In this document: piece by piece, positions 19,096 through 28,846 of the stretch
Layout: the number at the start of each line of letters is the position of its first letter
Position numbering within the stretch: position 1 is the first letter of the stretch
NCBI GenBank assembly: GCA_036377675.1
Contig: DASUXY010000026.1
Location: forward strand, 5,444-69,443
Length of the DNA stretch: 64,000 nt
Direction: 5' to 3'
From: Bacillota bacterium
Lineage (GTDB): Bacteria; Bacillota; Bacilli; Bacillales; Amphibacillaceae
Made by a program: the position numbers and the translations under genes
Notes under the pieces: model-generated
Told to the model about the DNA's origin: nothing
The model's database searches: none
What the model saw: only the letters and a program-made list of their open reading frames with translations

Positions 19096-19443
19096 GTGAT
19101 CATTTTGGGACAATTATGTCCACGATTTGAAAAAGCGATGCAACTGTTGAGCACACGCTGGGTCGGCCTCATTTTGTCAGAACTACTGGAAGGAAAAAAA
19201 CGTTTTTCCGAAATGGAGTCTGATTTGCCAATTAGTGGCCGACTGCTTTCCGATCGCTTAAAAATGCTTGAAAAAGAAAAGATTGTCGAACGAAAAGTAT
19301 ATTCTGAATTTCCTGTCCGTATCGAATATTCATTGTCTGAAAAAGGTAAAGCTTTAGAACCAGTTATTCAAGAAATTGGCAAGTGGGCAGAAGAATGGGT
19401 CACACTTGAGTGTGAAGGAAATGAAACCGAAAAAAATGATTGA
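19096..19443 (+). CDS. HxlR-family winged-helix transcriptional regulator
   Basis: CPRFEKAMQLLSTRWVGLILSELLEGKKRFSEMESDL.ISGRLLSDRLKMLEKEKIVERKVY...PVRIEYSLSEKG is the HxlR signature. The true start may be TTG 19105, after GAGGTGA. Confidence 0.8.
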   Translation: MIILGQLCPRFEKAMQLLSTRWVGLILSELLEGKKRFSEMESDLPISGRLLSDRLKMLEKEKIVERKVYSEFPVRIEYSLSEKGKALEPVIQEIGKWAEEWVTLECEGNETEKND

Positions 19444-19666
19444 ACAACATCATCGAATGAAAGAAGAAACAGTTGTAGACACTCACTCGTTTCTTCTCGG
19501 TGATCCATCGAGCGGTGTTCCGTTTTTATTGTAGAACATCGCCATTATTCCTTCGACATGATGAACGGTACCGAATCGTTGCAGCCATATACAAAACATA
19601 AAAAGAGAAGCCAACATATTGGCCTCCTCTACTCACGGTTTGTCGTTCCACTACTCTGTCTATTCA

Positions 19667-20182
19667 TTATCGATTCCACGGATAATCTGTACCGAACATC
19701 TCTGCAAACTTATGCGATTGCTTCCTCCCTTCTCTACGTTGCTCGGCTCTTTCAGGCGCTCCGTCATGCAACCACTTTTCAAAGTCTTGTTCAGGATAAA
19801 CATCTGGTACTGGAATCGGTCGACCATTTTCATCAACCGCTACAAATGTTAAAAATGCAGTGGCACATACTTGTCGAGTTCCTTCTAACAAATCTTCTGT
19901 TACCGCTTTCACAAAGACTTCCATCGATGTATGATGCGTCCATGTTACAAAAGCTTCAACACAAATCGAATCTCCTCTTCGCACCGGGTGAAGAAAATCA
20001 ACCGAATCCATCGATGCAGTAACGACTGGCTTTCTAGCGTGTCGAACAGCGGCGATTGCTGCGACATCATCAATATGAGACATTAAGGCACCACCAAATA
20101 GTGTACCGTGGTTGTTCGTATCCGGTGGTAAGACGTGTGATGTTTTAACTGCTAATGAATGAGAACAAGGTTTTTTATTCAT
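19667..20182 (-). CDS. Acyl-CoA thioesterase (hotdog fold, YkhA-like)
   Basis: ...VLPPDTNNHGTLFGGALMSHIDDVAAIAA..VVTASMDSVDFLHPV..GD... is the BFIT/BACH-type thioesterase pattern. Confidence 0.8.
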   Translation of the reverse strand: MNKKPCSHSLAVKTSHVLPPDTNNHGTLFGGALMSHIDDVAAIAAVRHARKPVVTASMDSVDFLHPVRRGDSICVEAFVTWTHHTSMEVFVKAVTEDLLEGTRQVCATAFLTFVAVDENGRPIPVPDVYPEQDFEKWLHDGAPERAEQRREGRKQSHKFAEMFGTDYPWNR

Positions 20183-20247
20183 GAATGCTACCTCCTGTAG
20201 TCATTTTTGTTAAGAGAGTTACTGTCCCCAATCTTTTTAAAATATAG

Positions 20248-21690
20248 TTACAAAATAGGGGACAATAGTCGGGAAATCGATTCTTTAAAACGGATCCCTA
20301 AGGAACGTCGATCATATAAACCTTTTGGCATTTGTGTTGACACCTTAACATCATGATTAAATGCTTCGACGAGGCGCTCGGAAAGATTCACATCATACAA
20401 AAAGGCATTTACTTCAAAATTTAAACGAAAGCTGCGGACATCGATATTCGCTGTGCCAACAGAGGAAATCTTTCCATCGACAACGATCGTTTTCGCATGT
20501 AAAAAGCCTTTTTGATAAATAAAAACTTCTGCGCCGACTTCGAGTAAATCACCGATATGCGATAACGTCGCCCAATATACAAACGGGTGATCTGGTTTAT
20601 TCGGAATCATTATTTTAATAGTGACCCCAGATAAAGCCGCAATCCACAGAGCATCTCGCAAGCTTTCATCGGGGATGAAGTAAGGAGTTTGAATGTAAAT
20701 ATACTCTTTGGCAGATAAAATCATCTTAATATAACCATTTTTTATTTGCTCCCACTCCGAGTCGGGACCACTTGAAACGATTTGTACACCTACGTCACCG
20801 ACAGGTTGTGCACTATAAAACCGCTCTTCATATAAGATATCATGACGAGAAGCTTGATTCCAATCAAGAATAAATCTCGTCTGCATATGATTCACAGCAA
20901 GTCCTTCCATTCGCAAATGGGTGTCTCGCCAATAACCAAACTTCCTACTCTTTCCTAAATACTCATCACCGATATTAAATCCACCGATATAGCCAATTTT
21001 CCCGTCGACAATGGCTAGTTTACGATGATTTCGGTAATTAATCTTAAAGTTAAGATTTGGAATTTTCGGTGGAAAAAATGCTTCGACATGTACACCTGCA
21101 TGTCGCAAATTTCGTATATACTTCCTACTTAACGAACGTGAACCCATATCATCATATAAAACACGAACTTCAATGCCTTCACGCGATTTTTTCTTTAATA
21201 CATCACCAATTCGTTTTCCTAACCGATCATGACGAATGATGTAATATAATAAGTGGATATGGTCTTCTGCATTTTCTAAATCTTGAATTAAATCAGCGAA
21301 TTTATCTTTTCCGTCTGTATAAATTTTCACATCATTATCTTGCGTTAAAATAGCATCATTATTTCGTAAATGTAAATAATATAAGTCTTGATACTTCGCT
21401 AACTCACGATGTTTAAATCTCAATTGTCCCTTTTCAATCGCACGCAGCTGTGACTGAACAGCTTTTTTAACACCGAGTCTACTTTTCGTATCCCACGTAA
21501 AAATACGTCGATTATTTAACGGTTTACCAAAAATTAAATAAAGTAAAAAACCTAATACTGGGATAAACAACAAAACCATTAACCATGCCCAAGCTGAGCT
21601 TGCATTTTTCCGCTCTAAAAAAATGATTGAAAATCCTAATGCAATATTAAAAATGAGAACGAACCCAAAAATATAGGGCATGATTTCCAT
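20248..21690 (-). CDS. cls: Cardiolipin synthase
   Basis: The protein has two N-terminal TM segments and two HKD motifs (NHRKLAIVDG and LHAKTIVVDG). GAAGGAGA sits 8 nt before the ATG. Confidence 0.9.
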   Translation of the reverse strand: MEIMPYIFGFVLIFNIALGFSIIFLERKNASSAWAWLMVLLFIPVLGFLLYLIFGKPLNNRRIFTWDTKSRLGVKKAVQSQLRAIEKGQLRFKHRELAKYQDLYYLHLRNNDAILTQDNDVKIYTDGKDKFADLIQDLENAEDHIHLLYYIIRHDRLGKRIGDVLKKKSREGIEVRVLYDDMGSRSLSRKYIRNLRHAGVHVEAFFPPKIPNLNFKINYRNHRKLAIVDGKIGYIGGFNIGDEYLGKSRKFGYWRDTHLRMEGLAVNHMQTRFILDWNQASRHDILYEERFYSAQPVGDVGVQIVSSGPDSEWEQIKNGYIKMILSAKEYIYIQTPYFIPDESLRDALWIAALSGVTIKIMIPNKPDHPFVYWATLSHIGDLLEVGAEVFIYQKGFLHAKTIVVDGKISSVGTANIDVRSFRLNFEVNAFLYDVNLSERLVEAFNHDVKVSTQMPKGLYDRRSLGIRFKESISRLLSPIL

Positions 21691-22005
21691 AGGCTAAATC
21701 TCCTTCTCTCTAAGTTTCAGCGACCTACTCATCGTAAATGACATCTCTTATGTCATAGAGCTAGGCTACACGTTCCATCTAATTTATCATAACGTAAAAT
21801 CTCCTCCTATGCATAAGTTACGCAAAAGGGCGATACAACCTATTCCATGCTCATGGCTCACCTTATTGTTTGCCATTTGTAAACTTTATCATGCGACATG
21901 GTGATAAAAGAGAAATCAGCACCAACTGATTTTGTTGAGAGTGTGCTCCGCTTGTGATGATTGTACATGGCACTTTTAAGAACGAAGGACATCGTCGAAG
22001 CAAAC

Positions 22006-23214
22006 TTACGAATGAGATGATTTGACATTTCCTTTGATCGTATCTAAAGCTTGCTCAAGATCTTTCCAAAGATCTTCCCACGCCTCTAATCCAACAGATA
22101 GACGAATTAATGAATGACGAATACCCATTTCTATCCGAGTTTCTTCGGGAATAACAGCATGCGTCATCGTCGCTGGATGTTCAATCAATGTTTCAGCATC
22201 TCCTAAACTGACGGCAATTTTTATAAATTGCAAATGATTTAACAATTGTTGAGCTTCTTGCTTGCCTCCTTTAATCTCAAAGGCAATAACTCCGCCACCT
22301 CGTGCCATCTGTTTTTGACAAATGTTGTAATCTTCATTTTGCACATCATTTGGATAATAAACGGTTGCGATGTTTGGATGGCCTTTGAGCTTTTCAACGA
22401 GTTTTTCGGCATTGTCACAATGACGATCGACTCGAAGAGGTAATGTTTTTAACCCTCTGAGTAAAAGCCAGGCATCAAACGGAGAAATAGTACCACCGAT
22501 ATCCTTTCGTGTCGTCATCGCTACTTCGTCAAGAAAGTCCTTATTACCAGCTACAAGTCCGGCAATGACATCACCGTGTCCACTTATATATTTTGTCGCA
22601 CTATGAATAACAACATCACACCCGAGTTCTAAAGGACGTTGCAAATAAGGAGAACAAAATGTATTATCCACAACAACAGGAATCGCAAACTCTTTTGCTA
22701 CTTCAGCAACCATTTGTAAATCAATGAGTTTCATCGTTGGATTTATAGGGGTTTCGACATAAATACAAGTTGTTTCTGGTCGAATCAATGAACGGATCTC
22801 TTCCTTCGTTCGCATCGCAGAAAAGTCGTGCGTAATCTCGTATTTCTCCTTCATCATCGTCAACAATCCATACGTGCAACCATACAGTCCTTCTGAACAT
22901 AACACATGATCATTTGCTTTTGTCAACGCGAATAAAACGGATGAAATGGCTGCCATACCGGAAGCAAAAGCAAGTCCTCGCTCTCCACCTTCTAATACGG
23001 CAATCCGTTCTTCTAACACTGACACCGTAGGGTTCCCGAGGCGTGAATACATATAGCCATCCTCTTCACCACTAAAACGGCGTTCCCCTTGTTCAGCCGT
23101 TTCAAATGTATACGTCGATGTTTGGAAAATAGGTGTTGAGAGACTTCCGAGCATTTCTTGGGGATCATAACCTTCATGAATAGTAGCCGTCTCTATATTT
23201 GGCTTCTTCGTCAT
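22006..23214 (-). CDS. PLP-dependent Cys/Met-metabolism enzyme, most like methionine gamma-lyase
   Basis: ...PIFQTSTYTFETAEQGERRFSGEEDGYMYSRLGNPT...ASGMAAIS...LYGCTYGLL...SATKYISGHGD... The FxGEE.G..YSR and LYGCT motifs are as I recall them for MGL, but a gamma-synthase or beta-lyase cannot be excluded. Confidence 0.7.
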   Translation of the reverse strand: MTKKPNIETATIHEGYDPQEMLGSLSTPIFQTSTYTFETAEQGERRFSGEEDGYMYSRLGNPTVSVLEERIAVLEGGERGLAFASGMAAISSVLFALTKANDHVLCSEGLYGCTYGLLTMMKEKYEITHDFSAMRTKEEIRSLIRPETTCIYVETPINPTMKLIDLQMVAEVAKEFAIPVVVDNTFCSPYLQRPLELGCDVVIHSATKYISGHGDVIAGLVAGNKDFLDEVAMTTRKDIGGTISPFDAWLLLRGLKTLPLRVDRHCDNAEKLVEKLKGHPNIATVYYPNDVQNEDYNICQKQMARGGGVIAFEIKGGKQEAQQLLNHLQFIKIAVSLGDAETLIEHPATMTHAVIPEETRIEMGIRHSLIRLSVGLEAWEDLWKDLEQALDTIKGNVKSSHS

Positions 23215-23410
23215 CCGAATTCCTCCCTATTTATCTTGTAATGATGTACTCTTATCATACGTGATGGATATTTATTTTGAAAGCAACTTCTAAACATCGT
23301 GTGCTTCGTTACAGACGTAGACAACTTTGAATCTTAACACATTTGGTGTGGGCTACAGCCTGCTTCGTGCATACATGTCAATGATATCGTTACGAATTTT
23401 CCACAATTCC

Positions 23411-23440
23411 TTGACAATTAAAACACTCTATGTATATAAT
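23411..23440 (+). promoter_or_regulatory. Sigma-A-type promoter candidate for S-box-metY
   Basis: TTGACA-N18-TATAAT, about 25 nt upstream of the riboswitch. Confidence 0.5.
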
Positions 23441-23464
23441 AATCATTAACTTTTAAAAATTGAA

Positions 23465-23636
23465 TCTCTTATCGAGAGTGGCGGAGGGATTAGGCCCGAT
23501 GAAGCCCAGCAACCGAAAAGCGATGCATATAGCTTTTAAAGGTGCTACATCCTACAGATTCATCACGATCTGGAAGATAAGGGGAGGAACGCTTGAATGT
23601 ACACCCTCTTCTTATCTTCGGAAGAGGGTTTTCTAA
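23465..23636 (+). promoter_or_regulatory. SAM-I riboswitch (S-box) with terminator
   Basis: UCUCUUAUCGAGAGUGGCGGAGGGAUUAGGCCCGAUGAAGCCCAGCAACC...AAAGGUGCUACAUCCUACAGA...GAAGAUAAGGGG matches the S-box core. The terminator is CCCTCTTC-ttatcttcg-GAAGAGGG + TTTT at 23604-23634. Confidence 0.9.
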
Positions 23637-23689
23637 TTTTCTTCTTTCGTTAGATGAGACGTAGCCATACATTAAAGGAGGAGCTCATA

Positions 23690-25444
23690 TTGTCAAATTT
23701 TAAATTTCCAAAACAAGAAACAGTATTAATTCATGGGGGGCAAGAACCGGACCCGACAACAGGATCACGTGCCGTACCGATTTATCAAACAACATCATAT
23801 GTATTTAAAGATACAGAACATGCGCAAAATCTTTTTGGTCTCAAAGAACCAGGTAATATTTACTCACGGATTATGAATCCGACCGTCGATACGTTTGAAA
23901 AGCGAATCGCTCTATTAGAAGATGGGTCTGCAGCAGTAGCGACGTCATCAGGAATGGCGGCAATTACGTTTTCAATCTTGAATGTAGCGGATGCTGGTGA
24001 TGAAATTATTGCCGATAGTAATTTATATGGCGGTACATACAATTTATTCATTCATACCCTCCCTCGATACGGCATTCAAGTAAAACTTGTAGACGGAACG
24101 AACCCGGAAAATTTTGAAAAGGCGATTACACCGAAAACGAAAGCGATCTTCGCTGAAAGCATTACAAATCCAAGTTTGCACGTCTTTGACGTCGAAGCCG
24201 TAGCCGACATTGCTCACAAACATCACGTCCCACTAATTATCGATAACACATTTAGTCCGTACATGTTTCAACCGCTCAAATGGGGGGCAGATATCGTCGT
24301 TCATTCAGCGACGAAATGGATTGGTGGTCACGGAACAACGATCGGTGGAGTTGTCGTTGATGGCGGCCGTTTCGATTGGAATGACGAACGGTTCCCCGGA
24401 TTCACTGAACCAGATGAAAGTTATCACGGTCTAAAGTATGCTGATTTAGGGCCGCTTGCCTTTGCAACAAAATTGCGCGTCCAACTTCTCCGAGATATTG
24501 GTGCAGCATTAAGTCCACATAGTGCATTTTTACTATTACAAGGACTGGAAACATTACATTTACGCATCGAACGCCATAATGAAAATGCGCAAAAAGTCGC
24601 AGCATTTTTACAAAAACACCCTTCTGTTGACTGGGTAAACTATCCAGGCTTAGAAGATCACCCTTCGCATGAACTCGGTAAAAAGTACTTTACGAATGGA
24701 TTTGGGTCTGTCATTACTTTTGGAATTAAAGGAGGTCGTGAAGCTGGGCAAAAAGTAATCGATCAAGTAAAACTTTGGTCCCACCTTGCCAATGTCGGTG
24801 ATGCGAAATCGCTCATCATTCATCCAGCCTCTACGACCCATCAACAATTAAGTGATGAAGATCTTAAAAAGAGTGGTGTCGCCAAAGAATTAATTCGCTT
24901 ATCCGTAGGAATTGAAACGGTCGAAGATGCCTTAGCTGATTTAGATCAAGCCATCGCAAAAGCAACAAACGATCAACCCATCATTCAACAAACTGATCAA
25001 GATGCCGTTCAATGGTTACTCCATTCTCCATTTAGTCGTGAAGATGGAAATATTCGCAAAAAAGTGATTGCTGTCATTGGATTGAAAGAAGAAAACGATC
25101 CATTGTCTGAGCAAATAAAAGGACTACAAGCTCTCGGCTATCAAGTTGCACCGATTAGCGATACAAAGGAACAACTGGTAGGCGAACAAACGTACACAAC
25201 AGTCGCTGATCTCCCAGAAGTTGATGCCATCCTCGTCCATGACGAGAAACTTTCGAAGCCATTTATCGACCAAGTAGCGAATGCAAACGGGAATATCGTA
25301 TGGATTGAAAAATCACAGACTGATCATGAAACCCTTGAGCACGCAAAAGCTACTGGTCTAACAGTCGTTACAGATCGTTCCCTTTATAAAGAGGCTAAAC
25401 AAGCGAGAAGAAATGCCAGATTCACAGAACACGTACATGTGTAA
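23690..25444 (+). CDS. metY: O-acetylhomoserine sulfhydrylase (MetY-type, PLP) fused to a C-terminal CoA-binding (YccU/YneT-like) domain
   Basis: The N-terminal roughly 430 aa read ...GSRAVPIYQTTSYVF...HSATKWIGGHGTTIGGVVVDGG...ANVGDAKSLIIHPASTTHQQL. The C-terminal roughly 140 aa read KKVIAVIGLKEENDPLSEQIKGLQALGYQVAPISD...VDAILV...VWIEKSQTDHETLEHAKATGLTVVTDRSLY. The start is TTG 23690, 6 nt after AAAGGAGGAG. Confidence 0.85.
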   Translation: MSNFKFPKQETVLIHGGQEPDPTTGSRAVPIYQTTSYVFKDTEHAQNLFGLKEPGNIYSRIMNPTVDTFEKRIALLEDGSAAVATSSGMAAITFSILNVADAGDEIIADSNLYGGTYNLFIHTLPRYGIQVKLVDGTNPENFEKAITPKTKAIFAESITNPSLHVFDVEAVADIAHKHHVPLIIDNTFSPYMFQPLKWGADIVVHSATKWIGGHGTTIGGVVVDGGRFDWNDERFPGFTEPDESYHGLKYADLGPLAFATKLRVQLLRDIGAALSPHSAFLLLQGLETLHLRIERHNENAQKVAAFLQKHPSVDWVNYPGLEDHPSHELGKKYFTNGFGSVITFGIKGGREAGQKVIDQVKLWSHLANVGDAKSLIIHPASTTHQQLSDEDLKKSGVAKELIRLSVGIETVEDALADLDQAIAKATNDQPIIQQTDQDAVQWLLHSPFSREDGNIRKKVIAVIGLKEENDPLSEQIKGLQALGYQVAPISDTKEQLVGEQTYTTVADLPEVDAILVHDEKLSKPFIDQVANANGNIVWIEKSQTDHETLEHAKATGLTVVTDRSLYKEAKQARRNARFTEHVHV

Positions 25445-25491
25445 TAGATGGCTCACAATTTTTAATAGCACCATCGTTACAAACTTTTGAA

Positions 25492-25524
25492 AGCAGCGGA
25501 CGTTTCATTCGTCCGTTGCTTTTT
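25492..25524 (+). terminator. Terminator after metY
   Basis: AGCAGCGGACG-tttcatt-CGTCCGTTGCT + TTTT. Confidence 0.75.
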
Positions 25525-25692
25525 ATTTACAAAGTAAACAAACACATCTGTACCATCATATTTATTTAAAAAGCCACTTCTCTCTTTTTTAAAAATAACC
25601 GCAAAGGGGAAACATATAAAGAGAATCGTATATAATGGACATGCACCAACCATATATATAAATATAAACTTTCCAACATAGGTGTGGTATAC

Positions 25693-26574
25693 ATGAACAA
25701 AAAAACAGTCATCATCTGTATAAGTCTGCTTCTATCGATTGTCATGTTTGTTATCGTTCAACACCAACAAACGCCTGATCCATTAACCATTGAGCAAGAA
25801 GTAGAGCAGGACATAGAAGATGAGAAGCATACTGAAGAGCGAGACGACGAGGTGGGAGAAAAAGAGGAAGTAGATGATTCACCATTGATGTCGATGCTCA
25901 CAGAAGCTGTTCAGTCAACGATTCATTTTTTCACACAAAAAGAAACGAAGATTGTGGCTATCGGTGATTCGTTAACACAAGGCGTCGGTGATTCAACTGA
26001 ACGAGGAGGGTTTGTTGGCATTTTAGATCGAACGATTAATAGAGAAGAGAAACTCGCCCATTTCGAAAATTATGGGAAAAAGGGCGACCGCACCGATCAA
26101 TTAATTGAAAGACTTGATTCTACCGACATCCAAGCCTCCATTCGTGAAGCAGACATTGTTTTAATTACAATCGGAGCCAATGACATTATGCAAGTCGTTA
26201 AGGAAAATATTACGAATTTGACGTATGAACCATTTAGCGAAGCGCGTAAACTGTATGAAACGAGATTACATTCTCTTTTTAATACTCTTAAAAACATAAA
26301 TAAAGATGCTAATATTTATTTAGTCGGTTTTTATAATCCTTTTGCAAAATATTTTCCACAAATTAAAGAACTCGAAGCGATTGTAACGGATTGGAATGAA
26401 ACGAGCGAACAAGTAACGCAGGAGTTTCATCGCGTAACGTATATCCCAACAGATGACTTATTTAAGGAAACGGATGAGGAATTATTCGCTGAAGATAACT
26501 TTCATCCGAATACCGTTGGCTATCATCGGATTGCTCAACGCGTGTTAGACTACTTAATCGCTGAAGAAAGGTGA
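25693..26574 (+). CDS. SGNH/GDSL-family hydrolase (YpmR-like), membrane anchored
   Basis: The protein has an N-terminal TM segment. Block I is IVAIGDSLTQGVGD, followed by ITIGANDIM and then DNFHPNTVGY. It is followed by a ypmS-like gene, as in B. subtilis ypmR-ypmS. Confidence 0.75.
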   Translation: MNKKTVIICISLLLSIVMFVIVQHQQTPDPLTIEQEVEQDIEDEKHTEERDDEVGEKEEVDDSPLMSMLTEAVQSTIHFFTQKETKIVAIGDSLTQGVGDSTERGGFVGILDRTINREEKLAHFENYGKKGDRTDQLIERLDSTDIQASIREADIVLITIGANDIMQVVKENITNLTYEPFSEARKLYETRLHSLFNTLKNINKDANIYLVGFYNPFAKYFPQIKELEAIVTDWNETSEQVTQEFHRVTYIPTDDLFKETDEELFAEDNFHPNTVGYHRIAQRVLDYLIAEER

Positions 26575-26579
26575 ACTGC

Positions 26580-27251
26580 ATGTGGTACAAAAAGGAAAAG
26601 TTAAATTGGCGACGCATGTTTTATACATTGCTCACCTTGAATATTATTATTGTTGGAACGTTAGCAACGTTGTTACTTTGGCCTGTGCAAGATGTCAACA
26701 TCCGAGAGCACGAAGTCATGCAAACAAACGTTAGCTCTGAATTTACAATTCGAACGACGAAGGAAAATTTAAACGATCTTGTTAATGCATACTTAGATAA
26801 ACTTTTAGAAGATACGAAACATCACTATAGCATTTCTTTAGAAGATGATGTCCATTTAATTGGCGAATTACCTGTTTTTTCGAGTACAGTTCCTTTATCT
26901 GTTCACTTCGAACCGATTGTACAAACGAATGGCGACGTTATTTTAAAACAAAAGTCCATCTCTGTAGGATTGTTAGAGTTACCGAATAAAAAAATTTTGG
27001 AATATATGGACCAGTACTTACCGATGCCTAATTGGGTCATCGTCAATCCTAAAGATGAGGAAATTTATGTAGCTGTTACGAATATGGACATTAAAAGTAA
27101 TTTTGAAGTGAGTGTTGAACATATTGATTTACCAGCCAATTATCTCGCTTTTAAACTACGCATCCCCTATGAAACATTAGGTATTGATCCACCGACTGCC
27201 CTTAGGGACTCTCTTATAAAAAATAAGCTTGCCATGTGGTCGAATCCATGA
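26580..27251 (+). CDS. YpmS-like (DUF2140) membrane-anchored protein
   Basis: WYKKEKLNWRRMFYTLLTLNIIIVG... is an N-terminal anchor. Its start is coupled to the ypmR-like stop (AAAGGTGA then 5 nt then ATG). The family assignment rests on synteny and memory. Confidence 0.65.
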   Translation: MWYKKEKLNWRRMFYTLLTLNIIIVGTLATLLLWPVQDVNIREHEVMQTNVSSEFTIRTTKENLNDLVNAYLDKLLEDTKHHYSISLEDDVHLIGELPVFSSTVPLSVHFEPIVQTNGDVILKQKSISVGLLELPNKKILEYMDQYLPMPNWVIVNPKDEEIYVAVTNMDIKSNFEVSVEHIDLPANYLAFKLRIPYETLGIDPPTALRDSLIKNKLAMWSNP

Positions 27252-27267
27252 CAAGCTTATTGTTGTT

Positions 27268-28248
27268 TTAGCGATACAAATCGATCATTTTCTCTACTTT
27301 CTCTTTCACTTGTTCTACTAAATAATCAGGTGATAAAACTTTTGCCTGATTTCCCCACGTTAAAATCCAATTGACTAATCCATCTGACAGTTTAGCTTTC
27401 GTCGTCAATATAAAGGACGTATCGTCTACTTTCTGTATATTAGCCTCATGTCTAAAGCGATCAAGGACAACGTTTATTAAATCATTGTTGAAACGGATTT
27501 TAATACGAATATCTTTACCTGCAAACATATGAAAGCTATGGTCGACATACTCTTGTAAATGAAATGGTTTAGGAACAAAAGTTTCCTCACTCACTTCGAT
27601 GTTGCGAATGCGATCGAGGCGATAATGACGCATTTCATTTGTCTTTTGAAAGTGTCCGATTAAATAATAAAAATCATTTTGCCAAATGAGCGCATAAGGT
27701 TCTACATGATAATACGCCCCATCACGATTAAAAACAAATTCTTTATCGACATTAAATTTACCGTACTGATACGTCAATACTTTTTTCTCAAAAATCGCTT
27801 GATGCACACGATCAATATTTAATTTGACCCGCTCATAATCCATATTAGCGGATTGACTAAACAAAATCGGACCTGGAAATGTTTTAGCAATCCGTTTGCT
27901 CGTCAACTGTTTTATTTTGCTAATTAAATTCTTCTTCTCATTCGTCGTAATAAAACGAGCTGATAAAATGGCGTCGATCATTAAACGTAGTTGATACGTT
28001 TCAAAAAGTCGTGATTGATGACTATACAATATTTTCCCGTATTTCGTTTTATTGTGAATGATTTCAAATCCAGTCTCATCTAACGTTTGTAAATCACGCT
28101 TAATTGTACGATGATCAAACGTTCGTTCGGGGAAAAAGGGTTGCAGCTTTTTAATTAAGTCTTTGATCCCTAATCCCTCTTGATCATCGGTTTCGTTAAA
28201 TAAGATTTCTTTTATTTTTAATAATCGATAATTATTTTCACGTACCAA
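27268..28248 (-). CDS. WYL-domain transcriptional regulator (HTH + WYL + C-terminal WCX-like domain; YobV-like)
   Basis: The N-terminal HTH reads NYRLLKIKEILFNETD...IKDLIKKL...RTIKRDLQTLDETGF. The central region reads ...VEPYALIWQNDFYYLIGHFQKTNEMRHYRLDRIRNIEV.... I prefer the TTG 28248 start, 7 nt after GGAGGT, to the ORF-track ATG 28263, which has no SD. Confidence 0.8.
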   Translation of the reverse strand: MVRENNYRLLKIKEILFNETDDQEGLGIKDLIKKLQPFFPERTFDHRTIKRDLQTLDETGFEIIHNKTKYGKILYSHQSRLFETYQLRLMIDAILSARFITTNEKKNLISKIKQLTSKRIAKTFPGPILFSQSANMDYERVKLNIDRVHQAIFEKKVLTYQYGKFNVDKEFVFNRDGAYYHVEPYALIWQNDFYYLIGHFQKTNEMRHYRLDRIRNIEVSEETFVPKPFHLQEYVDHSFHMFAGKDIRIKIRFNNDLINVVLDRFRHEANIQKVDDTSFILTTKAKLSDGLVNWILTWGNQAKVLSPDYLVEQVKEKVEKMIDLYR

Positions 28249-28810
28249 ACTTCCGACCTCCATATGGACAATTCTTTTAAAAACATGAGCGAATGACGAA
28301 CTGCTTCAATTTATCCACTATTATAAATATAAAGGATGGCTTATGTAAAGAAGGCACTACGTTCGACCCCTGTTTGTTAACACTCTTTTTTTGCTTGTTC
28401 CCCCGTATCTGTAAAAAGAAAATAAACGGATTGTTTCTCCATGCGCTTTTCCCTTACAATGGTAGTTTATATAAAGGTTGACTACGAAACTGTTTTCTGA
28501 AAATATATTTATAATAATCTGAATAATATTCCATCACTAACTCTACCGAAAGGTCTATAAATAATCAAGCTCTTTTTGTTCGAACAATCCATACGCGTTG
28601 GACAACGAGTTGCAACGCTGATGGATGTTCGCGTGTTCCTTTGGCTTCTTGAAAAGTATTTTTATAACTATGCAATCATCTGCTGACTATTTCTTGCTGC
28701 TGCAACAGAGGAATCTTCTTTTCAATCATTTTGTTTCGAAAGGTATGAAATGACTGACGGTAAAGATCATGTCGCTTCATACAAAAATATAACGAGAAAG
28801 ATTTTTCACA

Positions 28811-28846
28811 AAGAAAAAGGAAAAACACGTTGTAACGTGCTTTTCC
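28811..28846 (-). terminator. Terminator after the LysM/3D gene (hairpin usable in both directions)
   Basis: The minus strand reads GGAAAAGCACG-ttacaa-CGTGTTTTTCC + TTTTTC. Confidence 0.65.
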
